Source: Candidatus Kaiserbacteria bacterium (GTDB taxonomy: Bacteria > Patescibacteriota > Minisyncoccia > Phycocordibacterales > UBA918). Taken from it: a stretch of DNA of 56,071 nt. Below the pieces are notes generated by a model. The model was given only the letters and a program-made list of their open reading frames with translations. It ran no database searches and had not been told where the DNA came from. The translations under genes were made by a program, and so were the position numbers. Within the stretch, counting starts at the first letter, position 1. Each line of letters begins with the position of its first letter. The stretch covers positions 1 through 56,071 of the forward strand of contig JACQKD010000003.1 in assembly GCA_016204695.1 (NCBI GenBank), in the 5' to 3' direction. Positions 16,735 through 26,539 of this stretch are shown here, one piece after another.

Positions 16735-16920
16735 GGTAGGATTCCACTCTTGCAGGATTAGTACAGGTTTCGTATCGCGCTCGTAAATTAATTGGGCAGG
16801 ATTCGAAACTTACAGTTTCAGTACAGGTTTCGTATCGTACTCGCCTCTGCTTCGCTCCGGCTCCGTGCGATATACTCAACCTCTTCGAATCCTGCACGAA
16901 AGCTTCGCTTTCTCCGGCGC
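16735..16920 (-). repeat. tRNA-Tyr-anchored module plus a decayed partial second copy
   Basis: The minus strand reads TGTGCGCCGGA, gaaagc-gaa-gctttc, GT, GCAGGATTCGAAG, AGGTTGAGTATATCGCACGGAGCCGGAGCGAAGCAGAGGCGAGTACGATACGAAACCTGTACTG, GAAACTGTAAGTTTC, GAATCCTGCCC. 16794-16807 is an exact copy of 16965-16978 in the tRNA. Confidence 0.8.
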
Positions 16921-16959
16921 ACATTTTAAAAACGCCCAGTTTGGGCGTTTTTAAAATGT
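16921..16959 (-). terminator. Perfect 18 bp palindromic hairpin immediately 3' of tRNA-Tyr (bidirectional terminator-like)
   Basis: The structure is acattttaaaaacgccca-gtt-tgggcgtttttaaaatgt. Confidence 0.6.
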
Positions 16960-17042
16960 GCGCCGGGCAGGATTCGAACCTGCGTAGCCCGTAGGGCGAC
17001 AGATTTACAGTCTGTTGCGATTGACCACTCCGCCACCGACGC
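16959..17042 (-). tRNA. tRNA-Tyr (anticodon GTA), long variable arm, no encoded CCA
   Basis: Hand-folded on the minus strand. Acceptor GCGTCGG/CCGGCGC (one G-U pair); anticodon stem ACAGA/TCTGT with loop CTGTAAA; T arm GCAGG-TTCGAAT-CCTGC. Confidence 0.88.
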
Positions 17043-17126
17043 ATTTTCAATCCACAAGGACGCTATCACCGTATCATATGCGTACGTATCAGTGAAGCGC
17101 AAAAATACGCGCGAGCCGCAAAATCT

Positions 17127-17155
17127 CTTGACATTGGAGCTGATCTGTAGTATCT
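17127..17155 (+). promoter_or_regulatory. Sigma70-like promoter (TTGACA, 17 nt spacer, TATCTT)
   Basis: TTGACA lies at 17127-17132 and TATCTT at 17150-17155. This would give a roughly 230 nt leader ahead of the DEAD-box helicase gene. Confidence 0.45.
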
Positions 17156-17388
17156 TATGATCAACTTGAGATTCTCGTGTAGGGCTCTTGAGCTGCGAAC
17201 AGGCTGAAAATACAGATTGATTCGGTTATATACCTGCACACAAGACCCTAAGTGTGTTCAAAAATCCTCCAGATGCGAGGCGCTGAGGAGTGAAAAACTG
17301 AGGCGTACTTTGTTGTACGATGAAGTTTTGAACGACAAAAGCAACGAAGCAGATGGAGATTTTGGGACATACGTAAAATATACACTAC

Positions 17389-18693
17389 ATGAACTATACC
17401 CATACCCGACCAAGTCGGTCACCTTCTCGTCGGAGAAGTTATTCACCGTCAGCACGACCTTCGTACCATAACAACCGTCCCCGAAGCAATCATTCGGATC
17501 GAGCAAACGACCGGAGCCGCTCCCGAGATGGCGGTCGTCGTGCCTTTTCAAGCGCTCCTCGCCAAAGCGGCCGCGGGGGACGCAAGACAAGCGCCTTCGA
17601 CGTCTCGCAGTTTATCAACCGAAATCCTGCGCCCCGCGTCGTCGAGGAGGCGTACGTCCCGAAGCATCGCTTCGAAGATTTCAATCTTCCGGCGCCGCTC
17701 CTTGCCGCCATCAAGGCCGCACGGATTGACGCGCCGACACCTATCCAAGACGAGATTATCGAGCATATTCTCGTCGGACGCGACGTCGTCGGTCTTGCGA
17801 ATACCGGCACCGGAAAAACCGCCGCGTTTCTCATTCCGCTCATTACTCGTACACTACAATCTCCGAAACACCAGACCTTGATTCTCACGCCGACGCGCGA
17901 GCTCGCAATCCAAATCGAGCAAGAATTACGGAAGCTTTCCGCCGGCATGCACCTGTACTCGACGACCGTCGTCGGCGGGGCAAACATCCGTCCGCAGATC
18001 GAAAGTCTCAGACGGAAGAATCACTTCATCGTCGGCACGCCCGGACGCGTCCAAGACCTTATCGATCGCCGCGCCTTGCGCACCGACGGCATTTCGACAG
18101 TCGTCCTCGACGAAGCGGACCGCATGCTCGACATGGGATTCATCCACGCGATGAAGCGGATTCTTAAAGACATTCCCGCCGGACATGAGACACTCTTCTT
18201 TTCGGCGACAATGTCAAAAAATATCGAAGTGCTCATTCACGACTTCCTCCGCGACCCGATCGTCATCTCCGTGAAAAAACAGGACATCACTTCAAACATT
18301 GAGCAGGACGTGATCCGGTGCGTCGGAAAAGATAAATTCTCAACACTTGTCGACCTTTTGAAACAGGAAAGTTGCACCCGTGTCTTGCTTTTCGGTGCGA
18401 TGAAGCACAGTGTTGAAAAGCTTGGGAAACAGCTCAATGTTGCCGGCATCCCCGCCGAATCGATTCACGGCAATAAATCGCATCCCCAACGCCAGCGCGC
18501 CCTGAAACGTTTTAAGGACGGACAGGTCAAGGTACTGGTCGCCACCGACGTCGCTTCACGCGGCATCCATGTCGACAACGTCTCGCACGTCATCAATTAC
18601 GATCTCCCGACCACGTATGAAGACTACGTCCACCGCATCGGCCGCACCGGTCGAAGCCAAAACAGCGGCAAAGCACTGACATTCGTCGAATAA
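17389..18693 (+). CDS. DEAD-box ATP-dependent RNA helicase with Arg/Ser-rich N-terminal extension
   Basis: The Q-motif region is FEDFNLPAPLLAAIKAARIDAPTPIQ. Also present are motif I ANTGTGKTAAF, VLDEADRMLD (DEAD), SAT and HRIGRTGR. Confidence 0.93.
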   Translation: MNYTHTRPSRSPSRRRSYSPSARPSYHNNRPRSNHSDRANDRSRSRDGGRRAFSSAPRQSGRGGRKTSAFDVSQFINRNPAPRVVEEAYVPKHRFEDFNLPAPLLAAIKAARIDAPTPIQDEIIEHILVGRDVVGLANTGTGKTAAFLIPLITRTLQSPKHQTLILTPTRELAIQIEQELRKLSAGMHLYSTTVVGGANIRPQIESLRRKNHFIVGTPGRVQDLIDRRALRTDGISTVVLDEADRMLDMGFIHAMKRILKDIPAGHETLFFSATMSKNIEVLIHDFLRDPIVISVKKQDITSNIEQDVIRCVGKDKFSTLVDLLKQESCTRVLLFGAMKHSVEKLGKQLNVAGIPAESIHGNKSHPQRQRALKRFKDGQVKVLVATDVASRGIHVDNVSHVINYDLPTTYEDYVHRIGRTGRSQNSGKALTFVE

Positions 18694-18712
18694 AAACTGC
18701 ATCGCAGTCACC

Positions 18713-18752
18713 AAAAAACCGCCCTGCGCCTCTTGGCGCGGGGCGGTTTTAT
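18713..18752. terminator. Bidirectional terminator between the convergent helicase and clpB genes
   Basis: The structure is aaaaaa-ccgccctgcgcc-tctt-ggcgcggggcgg-tttt. Confidence 0.75.
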
Positions 18753-18758
18753 ATGTGA

Positions 18759-21485
18759 TCAGATCACCGCAACCGGTTCTTTTTTCTCAACCTGCGTCTT
18801 GGTTTGTTTTTCGGTCTGCGATGTCGGCATTTTGCGCTTGCGACTACCTTTTTTCTTGACGTCGAAAGTAAACTGGCCGTTTTTCATTCCCACCGAGACC
18901 GCCCCGCCCTGCAACATGCCCTCGCCGACCATCATGCTGGCAACCGGTGTGAGAATCTTCGACTGGATGAGTCGCTTGAGCGGTCGTGCGCCGAACTTGG
19001 GATCGTATCCTTGTGCCGCGAGATATTCGAGCACTTCGTCCGAAACCGTGAGCTCGATTTCCTTGACGCGCAGTCGCTCCCGCACCATTTCCACCTGCAT
19101 CCCGACGATCTTCCTTATCGTTTCCTTGGAAAGAATGTCGAAGACGATCACCTCATCGAGACGATTGAGGAATTCCGGACGGAAATACTGCTTCAACGAT
19201 TCCATCACTTTGTCCTTGGCGTGCGCGTATTGGGTTTCTTCGTCACGCGTCTTCGAGAAGCCGAATTGCGACATGCGGTCGATGTGTTCCGCTCCGATAT
19301 TCGACGTCATGACAATGACGGTATTTTTGAAATTGACCTTGCGGCCTTTCGCATCGGTAAGGTGTCCGGAGTCGAGCACTTGAAGCAGGATATTGAACAC
19401 TTCAGGATGCGCCTTCTCGATCTCGTCAAGAAGAATGACCGCATACGGACGATGCCGCACGAGCTCGGTGATCGCGCCGCCTTCTTCATATCCGACATAT
19501 CCCGGCGGCGAACCGATGATTTTCGAAACCGAGTGTTTTTCCATATATTCGGACATGTCGATGCGTATGAGCGCCCGTTCATCGTCGAACATAAACGCCG
19601 CGAGCGCCCGCGACAGCTCGGTTTTCCCGACACCGGTGGGACCCAAAAAGAGAAACGAACCGATCGGACGATTCGGGTCGGCAATACCTGCGCGCGAGCG
19701 TTTGACCGCGTCCGCAATGAGTGTCACCGCCTTGTCCTGGCCGACGATTCGTTCCCGGAGGTGCTCTTCCATGCGGGCGAGTTTTGAGGCCTCTTCTTCA
19801 AGCATGCGCGCGACCGGTATGCCCGTCCACTGCGATACGACAGCCGCGATGTCTTCTTCCGTCACCTCTTCTTTCAACAGGCGGCGGCCATGCTGGAGCT
19901 TCTTGAGCTTCGCTGTTTTCTGTTCAAGGTCTCGTTCAAGTTTCGGAATGAGCGCATACCGTATCTCGGCCGCGCGCGGATTATCCGCCCTCGCTTCCGC
20001 AGACTCCGCTTCAAGCCGAAGCCCTTCGAGTTCTTTTTTCATGCCTCGCATGCCGTCGAGCGCATCCTTCTCGTTGTTCCATTTGGTTTCGAGTGCGGCT
20101 GTTTTTTCTTTCAGTTCCGCAATTTCGGCGTCGATGTCTTTTATACGCTGTGCGTGTTTCCGTTTGTTGATCTCGGATTCCTCCTCTTTTTTCAACGCCT
20201 CTTTCTCTATTTCGAGCCGGCGAATCTTGCGGTCGGCCTCTTCGAGTTCCGGTGGTTTGTTCTCAAGCGAAATGCGGAGGGCGGAAGCGGCTTCGTCGAT
20301 GAGGTCCACCGCTTTGTCGGGAAGGAAACGATCGGAGATGTACCGCGAAGAGAGATTGACGGCGCTCATGATGGCATCGTCGGTGATGCGTACGCCGTGA
20401 AAGATTTCGTATTTCTCCGCAAGGCCGCGCAAGATGGCGATTGCGTCCTCCTGCGAGGGCTCGTTGACGTAGACCGATTGGAAACGGCGTGTGAGGGCGG
20501 GATCGCGTTCGATGTGCTTTTGATATTCTTTCAACGTCGTTGCGCCGATGACGCGAAGCTCTCCGCGAGCAAGCGCGGGCTTCAGCATGTTGGACGCGTC
20601 CATGGCTCCCTCGGCGCCGCCGGCACCCACGATCGTATGCAATTCATCGATAAAAAGGATGACGTTGCCTTCGGCCTGTTCCACTTCTTTCATAATGGCC
20701 TTGAGGCGGTCTTCGAACTCGCCGCGAAACTTCGTGCCGGCGATCAAAAGACCGAGATCAAGCGAAAGCAATTCTTTCTGCTTCACCGAATCGGGCACCG
20801 CGTTTTGCGCAATGGCGATGGCGAGTCCTTCGGCGACTGCGGTCTTGCCGACACCCGCCTCGCCGATGAGCACCGGATTGTTTTTCGTGCGGCGAGAAAG
20901 TATCTGAATTACGCGCTGGATTTCCGCATCGCGGCCGATCACCGGATCGAGCTTGTTCTCCTGCGCAAGCTTGGTGAGATTTCTGGTGTATTTCGCAAGC
21001 GCGCGGAATTTCTTCGGATGCGTGACATCCTGCACATTCTTTTCGCGCATTTCTTTCAGTGTCGCGAGTACCTGACGCTTGTCGATGCCGGCGCGCTGGA
21101 TGATCTCGACGGCCGGCCCCGGATGCTCAAGTACCGCAAGAAAGAGATGCTCGACGCCGATGTATGAGTCTCCCAAGTCTTGGGCGATGCGTCCCGCATA
21201 TTCGAGAGCCGAGGCAAGATCAGGCGTGAGGTAGAGTTGGTACGAGGGAGAAATAGTCTGGCCGATTTCGGACCCCTCAAGCCCCTCCAGCACCATATCG
21301 GTAAGGACAATAACATCCACATCGATCCGATCGAGAATGGAGATCACGGCCGTCTCTTCTTGCATGACAAGAGCGGCAAAAAGGTGTACGGGGCTGACAT
21401 GATTCTGTCCTCGCTCAATGGCGAGTTCATGCGCCTTACGCACCGCTTCTTTCGCTTTTGAAGTAAAACTTGCAAATGGTGGCAT
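18759..21485 (-). CDS. clpB: ATP-dependent chaperone ClpB
   Basis: The Clp N domain starts [39 protein letters not shown]1 has [10 protein letters not shown], a long coiled-coil M domain follows, and NBD2 has [11 protein letters not shown] trimmed the start to the ATG at 21485. Confidence 0.95.
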   Translation of the reverse strand: MPPFASFTSKAKEAVRKAHELAIERGQNHVSPVHLFAALVMQEETAVISILDRIDVDVIVLTDMVLEGLEGSEIGQTISPSYQLYLTPDLASALEYAGRIAQDLGDSYIGVEHLFLAVLEHPGPAVEIIQRAGIDKRQVLATLKEMREKNVQDVTHPKKFRALAKYTRNLTKLAQENKLDPVIGRDAEIQRVIQILSRRTKNNPVLIGEAGVGKTAVAEGLAIAIAQNAVPDSVKQKELLSLDLGLLIAGTKFRGEFEDRLKAIMKEVEQAEGNVILFIDELHTIVGAGGAEGAMDASNMLKPALARGELRVIGATTLKEYQKHIERDPALTRRFQSVYVNEPSQEDAIAILRGLAEKYEIFHGVRITDDAIMSAVNLSSRYISDRFLPDKAVDLIDEAASALRISLENKPPELEEADRKIRRLEIEKEALKKEEESEINKRKHAQRIKDIDAEIAELKEKTAALETKWNNEKDALDGMRGMKKELEGLRLEAESAEARADNPRAAEIRYALIPKLERDLEQKTAKLKKLQHGRRLLKEEVTEEDIAAVVSQWTGIPVARMLEEEASKLARMEEHLRERIVGQDKAVTLIADAVKRSRAGIADPNRPIGSFLFLGPTGVGKTELSRALAAFMFDDERALIRIDMSEYMEKHSVSKIIGSPPGYVGYEEGGAITELVRHRPYAVILLDEIEKAHPEVFNILLQVLDSGHLTDAKGRKVNFKNTVIVMTSNIGAEHIDRMSQFGFSKTRDEETQYAHAKDKVMESLKQYFRPEFLNRLDEVIVFDILSKETIRKIVGMQVEMVRERLRVKEIELTVSDEVLEYLAAQGYDPKFGARPLKRLIQSKILTPVASMMVGEGMLQGGAVSVGMKNGQFTFDVKKKGSRKRKMPTSQTEKQTKTQVEKKEPVAVI

Positions 21486-21579
21486 ATATACAGAACAGTA
21501 TACAAAACGGCCGTGACAATGCAACTATTCTGAACATCAGTCAAGAGAATAGACTTGCCTGCCGCCCTTAAGTATACCT

Positions 21580-22773
21580 CTACAAAGCCATCTTGGGAGT
21601 ATTCGCATGTTCAGAAAGCGCCATGGCGACATGAACAAGGTCTTCCCGAGTCGTCTCTTCTCCAAGGGTGAAGCGGATGGTGTTGCCCGCGCGGTCGGCG
21701 TCATGGGTGATGGCCGCGACAACGTGCGAGCCGCTGCCTTTTCCTCCGGCGCATGCGCTCCGGGTAGACGCGGCAATGCCGTGAGTATCGAGCGTGACAA
21801 CCGCAAACTCGCCGTCGATGCCCGGGATAGAGATGTTGCAGTTATTTGCGACGCGATGCTCGCGCGAGCCGTTTATGAGTACGTTTGGAATTTTCTCCTC
21901 CAATGTTTTGAAAAAGAAGTCACGGAGCGCGCCGACTTTGTCGGCGCGCTCTTCGTAGTTTTCTTGCGCAATATGCAACGCCTCCGCGCAACCGACAATG
22001 AGCGGCACGTTTTCGGTGCCGGCTCGTAAGCCGCCCTCTTGGTCTCCACCGAAAGACTGCGAGCGAAGCGGCACATGCCGCTTGTGCGCGAGCACACCGG
22101 CCCCTTTGGGGCCGTAGCATTTCCCCGCATCAAGCGTCATGAGGTCGACGCCGAGTGCATCCATCGCACACGGGAGCCACAGCGGCGCCTGGCTTGCATC
22201 GAGATGTATAAAAACTTTCCGACCTTCGGCGCTTTTTCTTTCATACTCACGCACGGTGCGCACGACACGCTTCACGTCCTCAACGACGCCAACTTCACTG
22301 TTGACGTATGCAAATGTAACGAGCAGTGTCTTTGGCGAAAGCAGTGTTTCAAATCCGCGCATGTCGATGCGACCTTCTTCCGTCACGGGCGCAAGACGTA
22401 CACCGACCCCGCGCTTTTCGAGCACATCAAGCGCTTCAAGTACGGACGGATGTTCAATCATCGTACTGATAACTTCTATGTCTTTCGGATGTGCACCGCC
22501 TGCGACCGCGGCTTCGACAACTCCGAAAAGAGCAAGATTATTCGCTTCGGTGCCGCCGCTCGTACACGTCACTTCTTCAAGACGAATCTTGAGAAGCTTC
22601 GCGACAATTGCCCGCGCGGCCTCGACGGCCGCGCGGGCAACGCGCCCTTCTTCATGTATCGCACTTGGATTTGCGAACCGTTCGGAAAAATACGGTTGCA
22701 TGGCGGCAAACACTTCAGGTCGCACGGGCGTCGCCGCCGCGTAGTCGAGGTAGATTCGATCAGATGCGTGCAT
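21580..22773 (-). CDS. Cysteine desulfurase (NifS/IscS-like class V aminotransferase)
   Basis: It contains MHASDRIYLDYAAATPVRPEVFAAMQPYFSERFANPSAIHEEG, the PLP-Lys region DAGKCYGPKG, and the active-site loop STRSACAGG. The 592 aa track ORF is over-extended, so I used the ATG at 22773. Confidence 0.9.
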   Translation of the reverse strand: MHASDRIYLDYAAATPVRPEVFAAMQPYFSERFANPSAIHEEGRVARAAVEAARAIVAKLLKIRLEEVTCTSGGTEANNLALFGVVEAAVAGGAHPKDIEVISTMIEHPSVLEALDVLEKRGVGVRLAPVTEEGRIDMRGFETLLSPKTLLVTFAYVNSEVGVVEDVKRVVRTVREYERKSAEGRKVFIHLDASQAPLWLPCAMDALGVDLMTLDAGKCYGPKGAGVLAHKRHVPLRSQSFGGDQEGGLRAGTENVPLIVGCAEALHIAQENYEERADKVGALRDFFFKTLEEKIPNVLINGSREHRVANNCNISIPGIDGEFAVVTLDTHGIAASTRSACAGGKGSGSHVVAAITHDADRAGNTIRFTLGEETTREDLVHVAMALSEHANTPKMAL

Positions 22774-22923
22774 AACAATAGTAGAACCTACCGCAACATA
22801 CGCCGCAATGCAACGCTGTTCCCCCCGATAGAAAGAAAAGGCACTCTGTGCTATAGTACTGCCACTCTTTCGCACTCCCCTGCATAAGCAGTGAGCTCTG
22901 CGGCTCAAGCGATTTTTTGCAAT

Positions 22924-24417
22924 ATGGCTAACGCATCGCACAACTCCAATAGTGTACCCCGGCCGCCGATCGTGGTGGTTATGGGTCATATCGACCACGG
23001 TAAGTCGACCTTGCTTGACTATATCCGCAAAACGAACGTTGTCGAAGGAGAGGCCGGCGGTATCACTCAGCGCCTTTCGGCGTATGTGGTCGAGCATACG
23101 ACCAAGGAAGGAGAGACAAAAAAGATCACCTTCCTTGATACGCCGGGCCATGAAGCATTCCAAAAGATGCGTCTGCGCGGAGCGGATGTCGCGGATGTCG
23201 CCATCCTCGTCGTATCGGCGGAAGACGCCGTTATGCCGCAAACACTCGAAGCTCTCGCATCCATCAAAACGGCATCTATTCCCTATATCGTCGCCATCAA
23301 CAAAATAGACAAGCCGAGCGCCGACATCGCGCGGACACAGGCGAGCTTGATCGAGCATGAAATCTATATCGAAGGCATGGGCGGCGATGTCCCTTGGGTC
23401 GCCATTTCCGCAAAAGTCGGTACGGGCGTGGCCGAGCTTCTCGATGTCCTTCTGCTTGCCGCCGAGCTTGCTGAACTCAAAGGTGACGAAAACGCTTCAG
23501 CTTCCGGCAAGGTGATCGAAGCGCACCTCGACCAAAAGCGCGGTACGCACGCCACACTCCTTATCACCGATGGCAGACTCAAAGGCGGCCAGTATGTCGT
23601 ATCCGGACGCAGTATCGCGCCGGTACGCATCATGGAGGACTTCCGCGGCAAGTCGATCAAAGAAGCCGGGCTTTCCGAGCCGGTCGGCGTCGTAGGATGG
23701 AACAGTGTCCCCAAAGTCGGCGCGCGCTTTATGTCCGTGGCTTCGAAAAAAGAAGCCGAAGCGGCGGCGACAGAGGACGTGACGCTTGCATCCGCGGAAC
23801 AATTCGATCCGTCCTTGCCGCTTATCCCCATCCTCGTCAAAGTAGACCGCCTCGGCACCGGCGAAGCCATAGAACATGAGCTCGGCAAACTGAAATCCGA
23901 ACGGGTACAGGTGCGCGTAATCGACAAACGCGTCGGTTCGATCACCGCAAGCGACGTCCAAAACATACAGGCGACCGATCATGCGATCATTGTCGGTTTC
24001 AACGTGCCGGTCGAGCGCGGCGCGGCGGATCTCGCCGAACGCCTGGGCGTTGAGATTAAGACATTTTCCGTCATTTACGAACTTTCCGAATGGCTCGAAG
24101 CCGCGATCAAAGCTCGTACTCCCGAAACCGAAGTCGAGCGCCGTACCGGCCGCGCGAAAATACTGAAAACATTCAGTGTGCAGAAAAACGTGCAGGTGCT
24201 CGGCGGTCGTGTCGAAGAAGGGATGCTTGCGGTTGGCAATCCTGTTAAGATCACGCGCCGAGACATGGAGATCGGCAGAGGAAAAGTACAAAATCTTCAA
24301 CAGCAAAAGGCGGACGTGCAGTCGGTGTCGACTGACGAGTTCGGCATGCAGATTTCCTCGACGACCGAAATCGCCGCCGGCGATTATATCGAGGCGTTCA
24401 CCATAGAAACCGTATGA
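22924..24417 (+). CDS. infB: Translation initiation factor IF-2 (short form without the long N-terminal region)
   Basis: The G domain shows [45 protein letters not shown] and NKID. The domain II and C-terminal domain layout is present. Confidence 0.93.
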   Translation: MANASHNSNSVPRPPIVVVMGHIDHGKSTLLDYIRKTNVVEGEAGGITQRLSAYVVEHTTKEGETKKITFLDTPGHEAFQKMRLRGADVADVAILVVSAEDAVMPQTLEALASIKTASIPYIVAINKIDKPSADIARTQASLIEHEIYIEGMGGDVPWVAISAKVGTGVAELLDVLLLAAELAELKGDENASASGKVIEAHLDQKRGTHATLLITDGRLKGGQYVVSGRSIAPVRIMEDFRGKSIKEAGLSEPVGVVGWNSVPKVGARFMSVASKKEAEAAATEDVTLASAEQFDPSLPLIPILVKVDRLGTGEAIEHELGKLKSERVQVRVIDKRVGSITASDVQNIQATDHAIIVGFNVPVERGAADLAERLGVEIKTFSVIYELSEWLEAAIKARTPETEVERRTGRAKILKTFSVQKNVQVLGGRVEEGMLAVGNPVKITRRDMEIGRGKVQNLQQQKADVQSVSTDEFGMQISSTTEIAAGDYIEAFTIETV

Positions 24418-24752
24418 GCTTGCAACGCATGGGCCGTGTCAATTCCCTCTTGCGCGAGCTTGCGGCCACCTTCATCGCAGATGAGGCAAACCCGTCGCCG
24501 CTCATTACGGTGATCGCCGTGGAAACCACTCCCGATCTGAAACAGGCAACCGTACTGGTATCCGTGTTTCCCGAAGCGCAAGAACATGAAGCGCTCACAT
24601 TCCTCAAACGTAAAGGAAGCGACCTTCGGGGGTTCGTAAAGCAAAAGGTCAATCTCAAAGATATTCCTTTCTTCGAATTCAAGATCGACTATGGTGAAAG
24701 AAACCGACAGCAGATCGACCGTATTTCAAACGAACAAAAGGGACAAGCATAA
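24414..24752 (+). CDS. rbfA: Ribosome-binding factor A
   Basis: RMGRVNSLLRELAATFI...ITVIAVETTPDLKQATVLVSV is RbfA-like. The gene overlaps the infB stop by 4 nt, which is the classic infB-rbfA order. Confidence 0.85.
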   Translation: MSLQRMGRVNSLLRELAATFIADEANPSPLITVIAVETTPDLKQATVLVSVFPEAQEHEALTFLKRKGSDLRGFVKQKVNLKDIPFFEFKIDYGERNRQQIDRISNEQKGQA

Positions 24753-24799
24753 GCGGTATTTGCCCTCCGGGTGTTGTCGTGTAGTATCATGGTGGTTGC

Positions 24800-24871
24800 G
24801 GCCTGGTGGTGAAGAGGTAACACAGGAGTCTGCAAAACTCCCACGCGCGGGTTCGATTCCCGCCCAGGCCT
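24800..24871 (+). tRNA. tRNA-Cys (anticodon GCA), no encoded CCA
   Basis: Hand-folded. Acceptor GGCCTGG/CCAGGCC; anticodon stem GGAGT/ACTCC with loop CTGCAAA; T arm GCGGG-TTCGATT-CCCGC. Confidence 0.9.
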
Positions 24872-25330
24872 CACGAAGTGAACAGAGTGAACGAGTGGGG
24901 CCTGGAGCAAGTGCCCTACGGCACTTGCGTGCGGGAATCGAAGAGGTTGAGTATATCGCGCGGAGCCGGAGCGAAGCAGAGGCGAGCACGATACGAAACC
25001 TGTACTGATCCTGTAAGGATCGATCCCGCCCAGGCCTCAAAGAGAGCGTAGCGAACGTAGAGGATTGGGCGGGAATCGAAAGCCGGAAAAAAGATGCTGG
25101 GAGCATCTTTTTGAGGCGGGGATGAAAAGCAAACTGCTTTGCTTTTCATCCGATTTCGACCGAAGGGAGAAATGCGCCACTGTCGAGCGAAGCGAGGCGG
25201 GCGCAAGGAGGACGAGAGCGCTTAGTATAAATGTGAGCGGAGCGAAACATTTTACTTAGCGACTCGTGACCGATTCCTTACAGAAACCGTATACCTTGCG
25301 AAGCTCCAAGTATTCACTTCTCCCCACAAC
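24872..25330 (+). repeat. tRNA-Cys-anchored cassette: two modules plus an abutting inverted fragment
   Basis: Module 1 (about 24896-25039) ends in cccgcccaggcctca, an exact copy of 24859-24873. Module 2 (about 25066-25273) carries the 190 nt core that is also found at 27141-27329. 25274-25330 reads as a minus-sense fragment of the orphan repeat type. Confidence 0.85.
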
Positions 25331-25377
25331 AAAAAAGACCCTGCCCAGGGTCTTTTTTGTTCAGAGGATACTCAAAA

Positions 25378-26346
25378 TCAATCCTCGATCGCATCAACCG
25401 CATCGTCCGCCTTTTCCTCCGCTTCTTCGGCCTTATCTTCCGCTTCGTCAAAATCATCGTCATCAAACGCATCCTGTGCCTTTTCAAGGAGTTCCTGCGC
25501 GTCGGCGAGAATCTCCTCGGCCTCGTCGACATCTCTGCCGTCGCCATCCGCAGTGTTGACTTCGTCTTCCGCCTCGTCAATGGCATTCTGCGCGCTAGTA
25601 ATCGCTTCTTGTGCTTGATCCTCGTCCTCGTCTTCATCATCGCAATCATCGTCCTCATCGAGAGCGGAACATTCCTCATCCTCATCTTCGTCATCGCATT
25701 CATCAGTATCATCATTGTTGGCGTCCTCCCCATCATCATCCTCATCATCGTCGTCGTTACCCTCGTCCTCATCATCCTCTTCGTCATCGTCGTTTGCTTC
25801 ATCATCGCCATCCTCGTCATCGTCATCTTCCACACATTCCCCGTCTATCTCATGGCGAGCATCGTTTGCAATCTCTTTTGCTTCTTTTGCAAGCTCTTTT
25901 GCTGTGCCATAGTCCGCATCGTCAAACGCATCTTGAGCTTCTGTAAGCTTCGCCTTTGCATCGGCGATGAGACTCTCTGCATCACCGGTATCACGCCCGC
26001 CAATCTCTTCCGCGAGCGCCGTTTCGGCTTTATCTATCTCATTCTGCGCATTCGTGATGGCAGACGATGCGCTCTGCTTACTGCCTTTATTTGTCTCGTT
26101 CGCATTGTCGGCCCTTATCTTGTCCCAATCAACCTGCGGCCGCCACTCTTTCAAAAGCGCGATCAACTGCTCAAGGAGCGCCTCAAGCCGTGCGATTTTT
26201 ACCTCATTGGCCGTCTGCCCTGTCGTCTGCGCCGCGGCAATGCGGGGAAATGCAAAAGGTGCGAGGATGATGCCCGCCCCGAGCATTATCGTCAATAGCG
26301 CTACGACGATACGATTGGTAAAGAAGATTTTAAAACTTTGAATCAT
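25378..26346 (-). CDS. Membrane-anchored or secreted, extremely acidic repeat protein
   Basis: The ATG at 26346 gives MIQSFKIFFTNRIVVALLTIMLGAGIILAPFAFPRIAAA, a signal or anchor. Three helical repeats of the form A.xxLxxAQDAFDDxD(Y/F)xxA follow, surrounding a long Asp/Glu run with interspersed Cys. The opposite-strand 313 aa ORF is its antisense shadow. Confidence 0.6.
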   Translation of the reverse strand: MIQSFKIFFTNRIVVALLTIMLGAGIILAPFAFPRIAAAQTTGQTANEVKIARLEALLEQLIALLKEWRPQVDWDKIRADNANETNKGSKQSASSAITNAQNEIDKAETALAEEIGGRDTGDAESLIADAKAKLTEAQDAFDDADYGTAKELAKEAKEIANDARHEIDGECVEDDDDEDGDDEANDDDEEDDEDEGNDDDDEDDDGEDANNDDTDECDDEDEDEECSALDEDDDCDDEDEDEDQAQEAITSAQNAIDEAEDEVNTADGDGRDVDEAEEILADAQELLEKAQDAFDDDDFDEAEDKAEEAEEKADDAVDAIED

Positions 26347-26399
26347 ATGTTGTTTCTTGTGCGATCTATAATGAATAATCGCTTCCCAATAAACGGGCA

Positions 26400-26494
26400 A
26401 AACGTCCGTTCATTACCACAGTATACTCCGGTACCGCACTCCGACACCCGTCATTTTCCACTTTTTCCGCTTTTCGACTCCCGCGACCTTGAGC
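26400..26494 (-). repeat. Partial module downstream of tRNA-Leu(UAA)
   Basis: The minus strand reads GCGGGAGTCGAAAAGCGGAAAAAGTGG...GTATACTG. This has a T-stem-like 5' strand, TCGAAAAGCGGAAAAA as in the Trp module, and the RTACTG motif. No matching 3' frame was found. Confidence 0.45.
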
Positions 26495-26538
26495 AACATA
26501 AAAAGAGTACGGTTAGAAAACCGTACTCTTTTTATGTT
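26495..26538. terminator. 18 bp hairpin terminator 3' of tRNA-Leu(UAA)
   Basis: The structure is aacataaaaagagtacgg-ttagaaaa-ccgtactctttttatgtt. Confidence 0.7.
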
Positions 26539-26539
26539 G

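Noticed and set aside
18804-21167. Long plus-strand ORFs inside clpB (18804-19787, 19393-20400, 19890-21167)
   Set aside because: These are antisense shadows of a strongly supported ClpB frame, and their products are low-complexity.
24726-25206. ORFs across the tRNA-Cys cassette (24726-25106, 24916-25206, 25065-25259) and their look-alikes in the Lys cassette (26738-27238, 27058-27264, 27039-27380)
   Set aside because: Their similarity (for example ...RFARQWRISPFGRNRMKSKAVCFSSPPQK) simply reflects the shared 190 nt repeat core. Their frames run through tRNA-derived sequence and hairpins, they lack RBSs, and they are broken differently in each copy.
25357-26298. 313 aa hydrophobic plus-strand ORF opposite the acidic protein gene
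   Set aside because: Its Ile/Val/Phe/Leu richness is the mirror image of the GAT/GAA/GAC codons on the other strand. The minus frame has a signal anchor and an ordered repeat structure. Expression data would settle it.
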